64,000 nt of DNA from Aplysia californica (taxonomy: Eukaryota), in NCBI RefSeq assembly GCF_000002075.1, contig NW_004797272.1, positions 4,313,839 through 4,377,838 of the forward strand. The letters are read 5' to 3'. Numbering within the stretch: the first letter of the stretch is position 1; each line of letters opens with the position of its first letter. The position numbers and the translations under genes are program-made. Of this stretch, positions 28,421 to 41,178 are shown piece after piece. The notes under the pieces are model-generated. The model made no database searches, was not told where the DNA came from, and saw only the letters and a program-made list of their open reading frames with translations.

Positions 28421-29153
28421 CTGAAAAACAAAACAAAAGATGCAATACAAAAAAAAAAAATCTTTAAGACCTTTAAACTCAGAAAGAAGCACCTGGCAAT
28501 TACAATGGCCGTTCAGTAGCCATTGAGTAAGTATTTGGAAAAAAGAAAGACCTCAAAATAATCACAAAAGTAGAAAATGCCCTACTGATAGCACTCTCCA
28601 CAATCACCCACGACAATTAAGCCGAATTGCGATCTGATACTGCATGATTATCACACATCAAGAACATTATAAAATTGTAATCGGAAATAAGTCTCATCTT
28701 TCTCCACTTCAGATATATGTTTCCATCCACACTGAATCTACTAAATTAATTGTATTCAATGACCTAACCATGCAAACCTAAAAAAAATTGTATTTGTTGA
28801 GAAATCTCGCAAGAGTAAACGACTTCTCTTTATTCAAGAGGAAATTTTTATATGAACTTTTTTTAGTTTGAGTAAGAGATTTACAGCATTTGTTACAAAA
28901 AAAGGTCATATCAGTGCTGAAGATGAGAAGTGTTGCAACAGAATAAAATACAATTAAAGGAGAAATAAGTACTAAGGCCATTTGTAGGAAAGAAAGAGCA
29001 AATCACACCAGAGCGCCTGTCCATGATATGAAATATAATTAAACAGAAAAAGTTTAGAAAAAAAAAGTTGGCTTATTGGGGGTTGGAGGGCAACCCCCCC
29101 CCCCCCCCCCCCCCCCCCTCTAACAATACCTTATATATCCTCAAAATGCTTAC

Positions 29154-29276
29154 TTTTTTAACAAGCTCCTTTTCCAGGTAATCCACCAGCATAGTTTTTC
29201 CATACTTCTCTTTAAAAGTCCTCTGATTTTTGTCTTTCTTCGAAGGTTCATCAGGGAAAAAAGAACATGCCCAGAT
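29154..29276 (-). CDS. GALT: GALT exon 6
   Basis: IWACSFFPDEPSKKDKNQRTFKEKYGKTMLVDYLEKELVKK; 123 nt; AG/GT boundaries. Confidence 0.93.
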
Positions 29277-29997
29277 CTGAAAACAAAAGCAGGGAACAGT
29301 ATGTTTATAATTACCTGCAGTTTTGCAACAGTCTTATGGGAGTAAGATAAACACCACCGTACTCTCCTCCCCCTCCTCTTTAAAAAAAAACCCACTTTCG
29401 TCAACACTTCAATGACAATAAACATAATGGATATAATGTATTCCCTGACCAGAGAACCAGTCAATTCATGATTCAAACACACACTCCTTTCCCCTCCCCA
29501 TAGCAACCTCTTACAAATAGCAGTAACATATCCAACTGACCTAGAATTATGAATTTCAAAAGGCACAAGGAACATAGAAAGAGAACGATACGTTCAGGTT
29601 ACAGTGAATTATTTCCTGATAATAAAAAAAACAACCCAATTCAGCTCCCTCAATAAACATCCACCACTAAAGGTATATTTACTATATAAGATTGTAGGGT
29701 TCAGAACATAGCACACTTTCAAAGACTCGACTGCTACTCGGCTTTTTTCCCCCACAATGTACCCTTAAACAAGTCACGCGTACATTGACTAAAATATAAA
29801 ACATTTTTAAAGCTTCTTGAAGCATAGGGTTTTTGTTTTCTATAATTTTCAAATTACAAATTTTAATGATAAACAAAGCTCTGGTTTTTGTATAAAGTTT
29901 TTTCATTGCAATAATATAAACCAATATCCATTATAAAACTTTCTATATATATGTCAAACGCCGTTTTTCTTTTTTCATCATAAACAATTTGCAATCA

Positions 29998-30132
<135 letters not shown>

Positions 30133-30614
30133 TTAATAGAAAACATGTTGGTTATATAACTTGTCGGGGTTTTAAAAAACCACCTCTACACATTTTCCAT
30201 ACAAATTCATATTGATCTGTCAAAAACACTGTATCTTTATTATCTTGTCTTCTTCACTCATGACTTGATATTTTACATCTTCACATCTTTGTTCATGAAA
30301 CAAAATATGGTATAACACGAATAGCTCGAATTCGTCAGGACCGACTTTGGTAGTCCATGGGATATCTTACAAAGATAGCAACAACAAAAAAGTGGGACCA
30401 CAGGCACAGTTTGACGGATGCATGATTTTGAGTCTTCTGCGTTCGATTTATCAATGTTATACTGTATCTCTTACTACCACATCAAAAATCCACACCCTCT
30501 CTTTCTTCTAAATTCAGTTCACCATCAAAGCTTCAAATAATGTAGAATTCAAAAGCAGAATTAAAGACAGTAATATCAGTGCAGAATACACAAAAGTTAT
30601 GTCATAAGATTACA

Positions 30615-30702
30615 TAACACTTTGCCGCCTCATCTCGCCGATTGGCGATGTTTACAACCCAGTTTCTTTGGATTTTCCCTAAAATATGATGGCAAAGTGT
30701 TA
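30615..30702. mobile_element. ~90-bp TTAA-flanked mini-MITE, copy 2
   Basis: TAACACTTTGCC...GGCAAAGTGTTAA; reverse complement of 3224-3317. Confidence 0.7.
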
Positions 30703-30980
30703 ACTAGACGTATCCCTTTCAAACATTCAGAAAAGGTTTACCCAACAGACCATGATGTCTTGCGGTTATATTTCTACAATTCAACTGACAACACAGGTCC
30801 AAAATTTTGAAAGGACCAAAGGTACTTCAAATATTCTAAATGCTTTCTTTCCACTTTTCTTCCACCAGGAACGGATATTAACTTGAAGGCCTTTAATTCA
30901 GAATAAACTATAATCATAGTGTTTAAAGTTACACAAGTTCAAAATTCAAAGGAAGGGCTGTTTTAAAAAGTAGAGCTTAC

Positions 30981-31159
30981 CTGAACCCAACGGAATTTCT
31001 TGCCCAAGTCAACACTCTCTTTTACCCAAGTATCAATAACACAGCGTATATCTGTGACGTTCATCAAAGGAAGTGTCAGATCGGACCAAGGATGGAAACA
31101 TATCACTCTGCACTTTCCATGAGCTGAACCAGACTGGAAGAGTGGATCGTCATTCTCAG
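30981..31159 (-). CDS. GALT: GALT exon 4
   Basis: (P)ENDDPLFQSGSAHGKCRVICFHPWSDLTLPLMNVTDIRCVIDTWVKESVDLGKKFRWVQ; 179 nt. Confidence 0.95.
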
Positions 31160-32263
31160 CTGAGGACAGAAATTGACGTTGGACAGAAAAGAAATATCTC
31201 CATAGGCTATAAAACAGACATACACTGACTTTAACGGTTATTTTATAACTGAAAAGAGACAAGCCAAAAACATTAAAATTTGCCTGAAAGGGACAGCAAC
31301 ATTATTCTCAAATCTTGTCTGAATTATTTTGTTCTACAGAATGGTGTTTTCATGTTTCAAAAATATTTTTACATGCTTTCTTCAGGGTTTAGTTTATTAG
31401 AGTCTTTAGGGCGCTCGCAACTGCATAAGGTCATATGAACGCCAAGGGGTGGATGTCAACAGACAAGTCTTTACAGGGAATCAGGCTTACTCTATTCACG
31501 TTTCTAGCTTCAACAGCATAAAGTCTACTCTGACTATCAAGGCACCCCAGAAATAATGGGTCACAAAAGTGTGACAAACATACAAAAGAAGTAGAGGAAA
31601 AACGACGATAGTAAGGATTAGGAAAGAAAAAGCAGCAGTTCCCTGTTGCAGTTCAGGCACAGTCATGAGCATGACATTCATGAATCAGCCAATTAACAAT
31701 TCTACTGTGCATAAGAACATGTTATTGTCCCCCCCCTTTGGGAATGGCCTAAAGACACCTTCAGGGTTTGGGGGGGGGGATGAATTTAAGAGAATTTAAT
31801 AAAACAGGATGATAAATAATCAAACTTGAGCATCCAGAGGAGCAAATTATGAATCTGCTACTATCCATAATGGTCTCGTTGACTTACAAATACAACAAAA
31901 CCGTAATAATGTAAAAAAGGCATCAACCATCAATAAAGATTTCTTTTCAGTTTTCCAGGGAAAGAAAATCACACAATATTTTAAAAAGTGTGCACAAACA
32001 AAAAATTTTCCTTTCTCTCATCCGTTTTTTTAATTGGGAATGTTATTTCAACATTGTATTCTCAACAACCAAATTGTCTGCATTTTTTACCTCTTCTTCA
32101 AATAGTTATTAAATATGTCCATCAAGATCACAATTTATTGGAATATGAACTAAAATGAATAACATTATAGTAAATTACAGACGAAAAAAAACCTGTTGGG
32201 ATTTCAATCAAACCACAACAAGGCAAAACCCAGCATAGCTTCATGACGATATACCCGGCATTA

Positions 32264-32368
<105 letters not shown>

Positions 32369-33715
32369 TCACTAAAAAACACAAAGAAGGCAGCTATTAT
32401 TAAACCTAACTGCTATCAGAGCAAACTAAAAATCTGAAATAACGACTTTGCTAACAAATGCAAGTATTCTCACTAACATATGTGTGGCATCATAGTGAAA
32501 TCAGGCACTCGTTAAAATAACCAAAACGAAGAGACGAACATTTTTTCACCATCGGGCAATTTATCAAATTGTGGGGTTTTTTGGCTCAAAAACTTTTTTT
32601 TTTTTTTTGTTTTTTGGGGGGGGGGGGCGCTCAACACCTTTTATGTCTATTGACAAACACATTTCTGAGTGGATTTTACACAAAAAAACTATTAAAGGCA
32701 CACATAAAAAATTTGAATTAGCCGTTTCCACGAACACTCAAGCTTTGGAAGTCGCCAATCTATGGCAGCAATTTCCTCGCTATTTTTACCTCGGACACCA
32801 GGCGATCTCCACCTCCACTCACAAATACCTCCATTTTTATTCAAGATAGACGAGTAGTTTTTCATCAAAAGCAATACGAATGAAAAAGCTTCCTGATGAT
32901 TAGAATAACTCTACATAAGTCTTTGGCAATTTTTTGACATAGTGTTAAATAAGGAAAAAAAAGAGCACCCTGAAAACCATTAAAACCTACATGCTAGCAC
33001 AAATCTCACTGCAGATCTGAAATCAGTGACCCAAAATTACTTTAAAACAAATAATGTACCTCAGCTGGCAAAGAGAAAAAAAAGCTGAAACTTGTTGACC
33101 AGAGTAATCATTGCTCCATGCACTACAAGAAAAACATTAATACCTGAAGAGACTTAACAGTATCCACTTAAAGCTGTAATTATATTTTTACACATTGGAA
33201 TAACAATGACCTATATCACTGCATTAGATCATACTCAAGGCAAATCCACTTGACTCATTGTGATTCCTACTTGTAAAAAAAAAAATTCTAAACACGAGTA
33301 GAGAGGTTGACACACATCAATTTTTACTTTTGTCTTGAAACCTACTTAAAACATTTCGCCTCATTTTCACCCATGTCCTGATACAATTTGACTCACCTGG
33401 AACCACATCCAAAATGTTGGGATTCATCTTGATATATTGTGAGATGTGCTGATAAAAAGAATTGTGTCCCACAATGCTGCATGCACAATATGGAGATGTC
33501 AGCCGAAAACTGTCAAATCAAATTTGTAGGATTTAAACTGATGCCATTTTCTTCAAGTTAAACACGTCTTTTATCATTTCATTTGATAAACTATACAAAC
33601 CCAATCCATAAATCTCATATACCCATCTGTGTCCATTGGGCTGATATCTGAGAATTAAGTCATTTTGTCAGCACAACTCACACATATATATATATATCCC
33701 AAATTTTTGGGATCA

Positions 33716-33964
<249 letters not shown>

Positions 33965-34615
33965 TTAAATACAATGAAGAAATAAAAAGAAGTCCGAGCA
34001 AATATTTAACAAATGTGAATACCCAGAGAAAGAAATAAGAAATAAGACAAGAGTATGAGGGAAGGAAAAAAATGTAAACTACATTCCATCAAACAAATAC
34101 TGGTGTTTACATTGTAATGGCCTTAAACAATTCACATGTAGTTAATTAGACAGAGCAGCCCAGAGAATACCTGTGACGGTAAGTATAAGGTAATAACTGA
34201 CAATAAGATCTCTCTCTCCACTGGTTGTGATTTTCACCATCTCTTCCTAGGTTCCAGGTTCCTCATCTGTCATTTCACTTTCAACAGACCCAAAAATCAA
34301 ACTTCAAAGAGATTGAGAGCAAGGCCCTATCAAAGAAAATCCACTTTTCCTCACTGTAGAGTGACCCCATAGTGCAGCATGAATTCCACAGGTAAATTTT
34401 TTTTTAAAAGATTAGATGTTGAAAGAAGGCACAAAAGTCAGCCCACAGTACTTTTATACTATCTGTGTTTTATTGAGGACTCACAAACTGATCTTGGCAC
34501 TGGGTTTATGACTGAAAAAAGAATTTACATAATTCTTCCAGTTATATGAGTGAGCATTTTATAGTAGCACTGTCAATAAATAAGCATTTATTAGCACATT
34601 CTCCATTGAACTCAC

Positions 34616-34637
34616 CTGATGCATTGAAGTCGGACAT
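34616..34637 (-). CDS. GALT: GALT first coding exon (exon spans 34616-34658 including 5' UTR)
   Basis: minus strand: tcgatAG|GTACTTAACACGATTGAAGAG ATG TCC GAC TTC AAT GCA TCA G|GTgagt = MSDFNAS(D); phase fits next exon. Confidence 0.85.
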
Positions 34638-34975
34638 CTCTTCAATCGTGTTAAGTACCTATCGAAGAGAATGCAAATTGAGTAATGTAATAACAAATTG
34701 AAAGGGAATTTACACAAAAGAATCTTCCTTAAGATGAGATTGATAACAACAACAACAACAACAAAAATTCAAGTACGCCTACTTTTGCTCACTTAAAAGT
34801 TTCAGTACAAAATAAATGAGACTCGTACATTTTCTAAGACTTTTGGATATGGGCTCATGAGAGTCCCTTACTTCGTAGACAGATTAATTTGTTCCCCTCT
34901 AAACGGAACCAACTAATTCTGGGTAAGGTTTTATTTCAAGTAATATAAAAAATAACTACCAATTTAAACAAGGAA

Positions 34976-35410
34976 GTGGTTATTCTCACCCCGGGGGGGG
35001 TTCTCCCCCCGACAAACTTAAAATGAATATTATTTATTTTTATCTAGGCTACCGGTCAGAAATTCTTCATTGAGAGAGATTAAAAACTGGGGGAAATCAT
35101 GAATTCCTAAGGTTGTCGAGACAAGCATAAAAGTAGTCCTAATCCGCTGGTCCGGTACTCTTCAATCTTACCACAATCGCCAATCACTAATCCCTCATAT
35201 GAGTAATTTCCCAACCACATGCGGTAAACCACAGAGAGCCTAGGTCCCAGGTGATTTTATCGGCCTGCGAGAGGTCAGGGGGGAGTCCTCGCCTCATACC
35301 CACACCAGGGTGGGAGCTATTCTCACCACATGGGGGGGGGGGTGAGAATAGCGAGTCATGAATTATTCTCACCCAGGGTGAGAATAGCGAGACATAGTTT
35401 ATTCTCAATA
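34976..35410. mobile_element. TIR element with TATTCTCACC/GGTGAGAATA repeats
   Basis: Inverted motifs at both ends; related element at 36549-37020. Confidence 0.6.
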
Positions 35411-35493
35411 ACAGCAGCCTTTAAACAAAACAGAAACAGATCATGATCGTGGGATCCAAAATCAGAGCAGAAGACTCAGTAGAATTTTAGGCC

Positions 35494-36386
35494 ACGGCTA
35501 TTCGAACTTGAGTCCGAACAGCCTCCCATGGCTATTCAGACTCGAGTTTGAATTCGAATCCGAATAGCCTTCAGTGGCTCTTCCCGTGGCTATTCGGACT
35601 CAAATTCCAATGCGCGTGCACAAAACAGAATTCTACACAAAGTGTACAATTCTGAGGTGCACAAACACTAGGTGTACCGGATGTGAAGCAGACAAGCAAT
35701 TCGACCTTGGCGTTCCTCCGTTTCTACGATCTTCCCAACAAATGGACGCCGACCGTGGTGACCCAGTGCGAACTGTGGTCTTTTCTTAACAAAGGATAAT
35801 ATTTAATATAATAGTAGGGCCGGGCAGTGGGCAACGGTATGGGAGGGAATATAGATCTACCTATATGCAAAAATAGGGGTGAAGGTAGTGAGGCGGGCCT
35901 GGGGAAGTAAGATGGAGAGAGAAAAAGTAAGAGAGAATTGGGGGGGGNNNNNNNNNNNNNNNNNNNNNNNNNNNNNNNNNNNNNNNNNNNNNNNNNNNNN
36001 NNNNNNNNNNNNNNNNNNNNNNNNNNNNNNNNNNNNNNNNNNNNNNNNNNNNNNNNNNNNNNNNNNNNNNNNNNNNNNNNNNNNNNNNNNNNNNNNNNNN
36101 NNNNNNNNNNNNNNNNNNNNNNNNNNNNNNNNNNNNNNNNNNNNNNNNNNNNNNNNNNNNNNNNNNNNNNNNNNNNNNNNNNNNNNNNNNNNNNNNNNNN
36201 NNNGGGGGCTGTCTTATAAGGACAGATTATGAATTTTAATACCAGTAGTTTAAAGTCCGAATGGCAACAGGAGACTATTCGGACTCGAGTATATCTCGCT
36301 GGGTACAACCAGTGATAGTGTCCGCGAACTGGAATTTGAGTCAAAATAACCTCCAGCACTGTTCGGACTCGAGTCGGAATAGCCAC
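35494..36386. mobile_element. TIR element spanning the assembly gap
   Basis: GGCTATTCGAACTTGAGTCCGAACAG vs CTGTTCGGACTCGAGTCGGAATAGCC; repeated subterminal GGCTATTCGGACTC. Confidence 0.6.
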
Positions 36387-36548
36387 TTCATTTAGAATTA
36401 CAGAGTGTCTACGTACACGGTAACCAGGTGCACAGCCTCAGGGTCTACACATGGTAACCGGAAGGTCCAAGAGATAGTCCACTCAGCCAAAAAAAAGTGT
36501 CACTTTTTTATTGTTTTTCACACAAGAAGTGGAGATTTTCTAAAGAAA

Positions 36549-37020
36549 GTGGCTATTCTCACCCGCCGGAAGTTCTCGCAAGATCAACTCCTCCCCTCTT
36601 CTCTCTCTCTCTGTCTCCTTCTGAATACTGTCTATCGGTGTGGACGATCAAATTGACCAAAACAAAGTTAAAAAATGATGTTAAGACACAAAAGTAAATT
36701 AATTTGGTAGTCTACAAACATGCTACGGCTATTTAACTTTTCGAATCGAGCCGAACTACGCGGGTCGCCATTTTGTTTTGTTCTCTCTCTCACTCTCTCT
36801 CTCTCTCTCCACTGCCCACAGACAAAATTGTACGCTTTTAGTAGGCTACAAGTACAGTTGTAATGGAACGTTTGTTCACAGCACAGAATTCTACAATTTT
36901 TCTCTTATCACAGCGTAGAATTCTGTGGTTTAAGGTGAACGCAAAATTTGTTGACAAGCGCACCGGGTGAGAATAGCCACAAGACCCGCCTGCACTATTC
37001 TCACCCCGGGTGAGAATAGA
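36549..37020. mobile_element. TIR element (GTGGCTATTCTCACCCG / CGGGTGAGAATAGCCAC)
   Basis: 17-bp perfect inverted repeat 36549 to 36980; extra palindrome TATTCTCACCCCGGGTGAGAATA at ~36996. Confidence 0.65.
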
Positions 37021-37419
37021 GGTGGCCGATCTTATAACAGTTCAGAAGACCGACGTTCACTTTGTTACCTAAATTTAGCAGAGACGAAAGAGATTTAGAA
37101 TCTAGTCTTCGTGCTTGGTCATGCAGACTGCAACAGTTTATGAGGTGTAGATCTAGACCCCTCTTCTGAAAAAACTGCAAGCTAATCCTTAGCCTTGCGA
37201 ATGCAAAGTGAAAGTCGAAAGTACGTGCACTGTGCACAATGCCACATAAGTAGGCAAATAAAACCCCGGCCAGGTTTTGTTGTCTGTTTTTGGTTTAATC
37301 AAGAATATTTGGGAGTTGTAGTCCATCGTATTGTAGCCTACTTCATCGGTCCTTGACCTACATATAAAGTAAAGGGAAGAGAAATATTTAAATGTAGGTT
37401 AGGCTACCATTTTTTACCT

Positions 37420-37753
37420 CTTTTACTTTTGATTTAGATCTTTTTCTCTCTTTTGTGCCACCATAAATCCCAAGCGCACATATTGAGGATCTATTATTTT
37501 TGCGGTTTTCAACAACTTGGCACGCAATGGCTAGCGTTAGTCGGCAATCAAGTCTTGCGCCTGGCCCGGAGTGTGGACTCGCGGACTCGCGTCAGTCGCG
37601 TGCGTGCGTGCTCCCGACTCCCGATGTAAACAAACGAGACGACAACTGGGTGTCTACAATTTTACTAATCTAGATATAGATATCTAGATCTACTAAGTTG
37701 TGGTTTATAATCCAGTTTCCAAGAGTCTTTTCTCGTCTGCTTTGCCGTTTGGT
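37420..37753. promoter_or_regulatory. Candidate bidirectional promoter / non-coding first exons of GALT (-) and SNRNP35 (+)
   Basis: CpG-dense patch 37520-37645; strong + strand donor TG|GTAAGT at 37752 and a possible - strand donor GAG|GTAAAA near 37417; both genes start with a splice acceptor just before the ATG, so they need upstream exons. Confidence 0.5.
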
Positions 37754-37939
37754 AAGTCGTTTTGCTAGATCTAGGCTTTCAAACTGCCGCAACTGTGTAA
37801 ACGTCCTTATTATTACCCTTACCCCTACCCCTACCCCTACCCCAAGCCCTCAATTCTGCTCTGTCTCATAGTGGTCGCTCGTTACGGAAGTCCTCCCATA
37901 ATGATACATGCCTAGGCCTACGTCTACGTACACGGTAGC

Positions 37940-39429
37940 CAGTGGCGGTGGGTAGTGAAGGGCTCACGGGCTTGAGCCCCTACCCCCTCCCCATCCACCA
38001 CCCCCAACTCTATCCCAAAGCAAACGAAAGTGAAAGTGGCGATTGTTAAGATTCCCGCGTTTAATTCCGATGTGCGTTTTTCATACCCTCAGGCATATTT
38101 CGCTTTGGTCCCTAACCCTAGGTTAGGATTAGGGTTAGGGCCAGGGTTAGGGTTAGGGCCAGGGGTAAATTTTTACTTTCACTCCCGCACACAGATGCAC
38201 TGTTTCAGGGGTCAAACTGCTGTACTGTTTGCTGCAGATCACACAAAGCCACTAAAACTGTCGCAAATCAATTATTTTCAAGACAATTTCAAATCTAACT
38301 GTAAAATATCAAATTATGGGTAAAAACAGGGGGACATGCCCCCCCTGTAACCCCCCAGATTTTCTTTTACCCCAGTGAGGCAGGGCCCCCTGGAACCCCC
38401 CGATTGGTCCAAAGCATGTCTATCTCGGTTAAGAACAATCAAATATTTCAAAAACTATTAATTTGCGACGGAAATGAAGTTGATATTCGCGTTCAGCGCA
38501 TCAATATTTAGTAGAAAATAGACAACTGGTAGCTGAGAGTGAGACGGGAGGGAAAGTAAAAAAATACCGGGCCAGGGTTAGGGTTAAGGTTAGGGACCAA
38601 AGCGAAATATATGCCTGAGGGTATGAAAAACGCACATCGGAATTAAACGCGGGAATCTTAACAATCGCCACGAAAGTTTCTCCATATTGAAATATAAGCA
38701 GTGGAAACTGTTATGACCGCACGGAGTGAACACAGAGTGATCAACTTGGCGGCCTGCTCGCTTATCCAATCACTGTTGCCACCGCTTACAACTATAGTAA
38801 CCCAGCAGCCAATCAAATGTCTTTAGGGATCCGCAAAGATGAGCCCTTTTCCCACAGCCCGTCCTTAATGAAACTCTTCTTGTAAAAAGGTAGAAGACTG
38901 GGAAAAAATAACACTGTACCGAGGGCTCACACTCTCCTAGCCCTGACAATGGGGTGAAAGTTTACGACACACTTTCCCCCACTGACACAGATACCTATGC
39001 GCTCATTGGTTCTTTGTTGGGTGCGTTCTACTTTCTCGACTACACGACTGCACTCCCTAATCCGGCTCACAGAAGTATTATGTTTGAAGTGTTGTGTGTG
39101 CATGTTTGTGTTTGTGCCGCTGAGATTTAACAGTTATAAATCACGTCGAACTACTTGTAAGGCAACTTTTTCATCACAGGAAAACTAATTAGAGGAAATT
39201 TGGAGGTGAATCGGCTTCGTCTCCACCATCAACAGGAATTTAACTAAGAACAAAGAGATGGAAAAGAAAGGCAACTCTTCTCGTTAGAATGGTTCTCAAA
39301 CTGCCGTGGCTCACTGTGAGTATAGAAAAATCATCTATCACTGTTTAATTCTTATTGCTTGCTATTTGGTGGTAAAGAACTGGAAGCAACCTAAGCCCCA
39401 CCCAAATTTTGGTCCACCCACCGCCACTG
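37940..39429. mobile_element. hAT non-autonomous element
   Basis: 14-bp perfect TIR CAGTGGCGGTGGGT / ACCCACCGCCACTG; perfect 8-bp TSD ACGGTAGC. Confidence 0.9.
38036..38671. mobile_element. Foldback-type MITE with ~80-bp TIRs and TTAGGG repeats
   Basis: GTGGCGATTGTTAAGATTCCCGCG...GGTCCCTAACC mirrored at the right end; 4-bp flanking duplication GAAA. Confidence 0.85.
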
Positions 39430-39575
39430 ACGGTAGCCGGGCACCTCGTCTCAGTATCTACGTACACGGTAACCGGGCACCTAGTCTCACCTAGTCTCAG
39501 CATCTACGTACACGGTAACCGGGCACCTAGATCTATATATAGATCTAGTCCTCAGTATCTACGTACACGGTAACC
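39430..39575 (+). repeat. Tandem TCTACGTACACGGTAACCGGGCACCTAG repeats
   Basis: Units at ~37923 (split by the hAT insertion), 39457, 39503 and 39558; also ~36408-36460. Confidence 0.8.
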
Positions 39576-40377
39576 AGAATGAAAATAAATCTATTTTTGT
39601 CCTGTGCTGTCACTTGCTGAAAAAATGAAAGTTGAAAGTTATACAAGCGTCTTGTCGGGCTCGCCATCGTGACCAGTCAGTGAACCTGTGCGGGCGCATC
39701 ACATTGTGAGTACCGGTTGGGGGTCACCAAAGTTCATTCAAAGTCTGTGAGCTGTGAAGTATCTAAGGGCTCCGGAATGGGGGGGATTTTATTGATTTTT
39801 TAAACTCTTGTCCTGCGTCTGTGCCGAGATGCGAATCTTATCAGCAACCGATTACGTCGGGCGTGCCGGGCAGGCCGCCGAGGTCACTCAGTGTGTTCTG
39901 TTGGTGTACAGCGCGCGCGCCGGGAAATGTGTGTTTTCGCCATTAAGACCGTGGGAGATCGAGGATGAAATTAACGCTCTATCTTTCATAGCTTTTTATT
40001 TATAAAGTGTTACAAAACACATGAATAACCCCCTCTCACAAGCTGAAGACATTACCAGTAGTTACACTCATTCGAATTTTAAACCTTTCTGGATGCTCTT
40101 GTTGTTATGAATTACCTGAGGTTCGAAAGGGGATAATACAGGTCAATTTCCAAATGTTTTGCACTCAAATTGTTCTTTGTACCTGCACAATGGTATTCAA
40201 AACTATCAAACAAGCTTATTTTTTTAATCAGGTAGTATCATTTCATACAAAATCAAGCTCATTTTAAAGATTTTGTATAGAAAAATGGAAGTCTGTTTCC
40301 TGACTATCCTTTCGAGCTTCTCATGTCTAAATGAGTCAATTTCTTCTATAATTTCATTGGACGAACATCTAGAGCTA

Positions 40378-41178
40378 CAGTCCATGCCGGCTTTAAGCAC
40401 GGTCATCGGGAGAAAGCTTAAGCGTGCTTAAAGCCGAAGCGTGCTTAAGTGCGAAGTAGACATAATCCAGAGATTTTCATGTAGAAAATTCCCCGTGCTA
40501 TTTCCCTTTGTTTGTAAGTAGGCCTATAGCGGTCCCACAAAAGTGTGCACTGTTATTTAGACACACACCATGGTAGTTTTTGTTCGCTTGTTTGTTTTTG
40601 TTTTGTGGTCGAATGGGAAATGAAAACTGAATTTAGACGGCCAGTCACGATACAGCACACTAGGCCTACTGTAACACACTGCCTGTGCGTACCACTGCCC
40701 GCTGTGCCACTCATACCACCGCCTTCATCCCACCTCGCGCATGATACACAATCAGGATTAATGGGTAGCGAGGGTCAAAGGTGAAATCGCAGCCAGCCTC
40801 CCTTTCTCATCTCCCCGCCTCTCTTTTTTTTTTTTTTGGATCGTGTGTAGCTTTGCCTTAGGCCTAGGCTAGATCCTATGTCCGCGCGAACGGCTGTGTG
40901 CATCTGCCTTCCTCTCCGCCCGTGCGAGTGTGTGTGTCCATCACTTGCGTTCTTTGTGTTTCTCTTGACACACTCCACTGTTGCGGTGTAAACTGCGTTC
41001 GAACTTCGATGGGTCATCATGAAAATATTGACTGCCTTGTAAATGAAGCGTGCTTGAAGCCGAAGTTACCGTGCTTACAGGCGTGTAATTTATATAGCAA
41101 AAATTCGGTAAGAGCCGTTTAGCGTGCTTGAGTCCGAAACGTGCTTAAGGCCGGCGTGCTTATAGCCGGCACGGACTG
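40378..41178. mobile_element. Tc1/mariner (Tigger/pogo-like) MITE
   Basis: TA TSD; TIR CAGTCCRTGCCGGCTWTAAGCACG (2 mismatches in 24 bp); subterminal CGTGCTTAA repeats. Confidence 0.85.

Noticed and set aside
32696-32880. snRNA-like GC-richer block in a GALT intron
   Set aside because: No match by eye to U11, U12 or U4atac motifs; more likely an old DNA-transposon interior
35724-36386. ORFs spanning N runs (also ~55.5-55.8 kb and ~60.1-60.3 kb)
   Set aside because: Artefacts of assembly gaps
39430-39575. CRISPR-like repeat-spacer array
   Set aside because: The intervening sequences are variants of one another, there are no cas genes and the context is eukaryotic; these are transposon subterminal repeats
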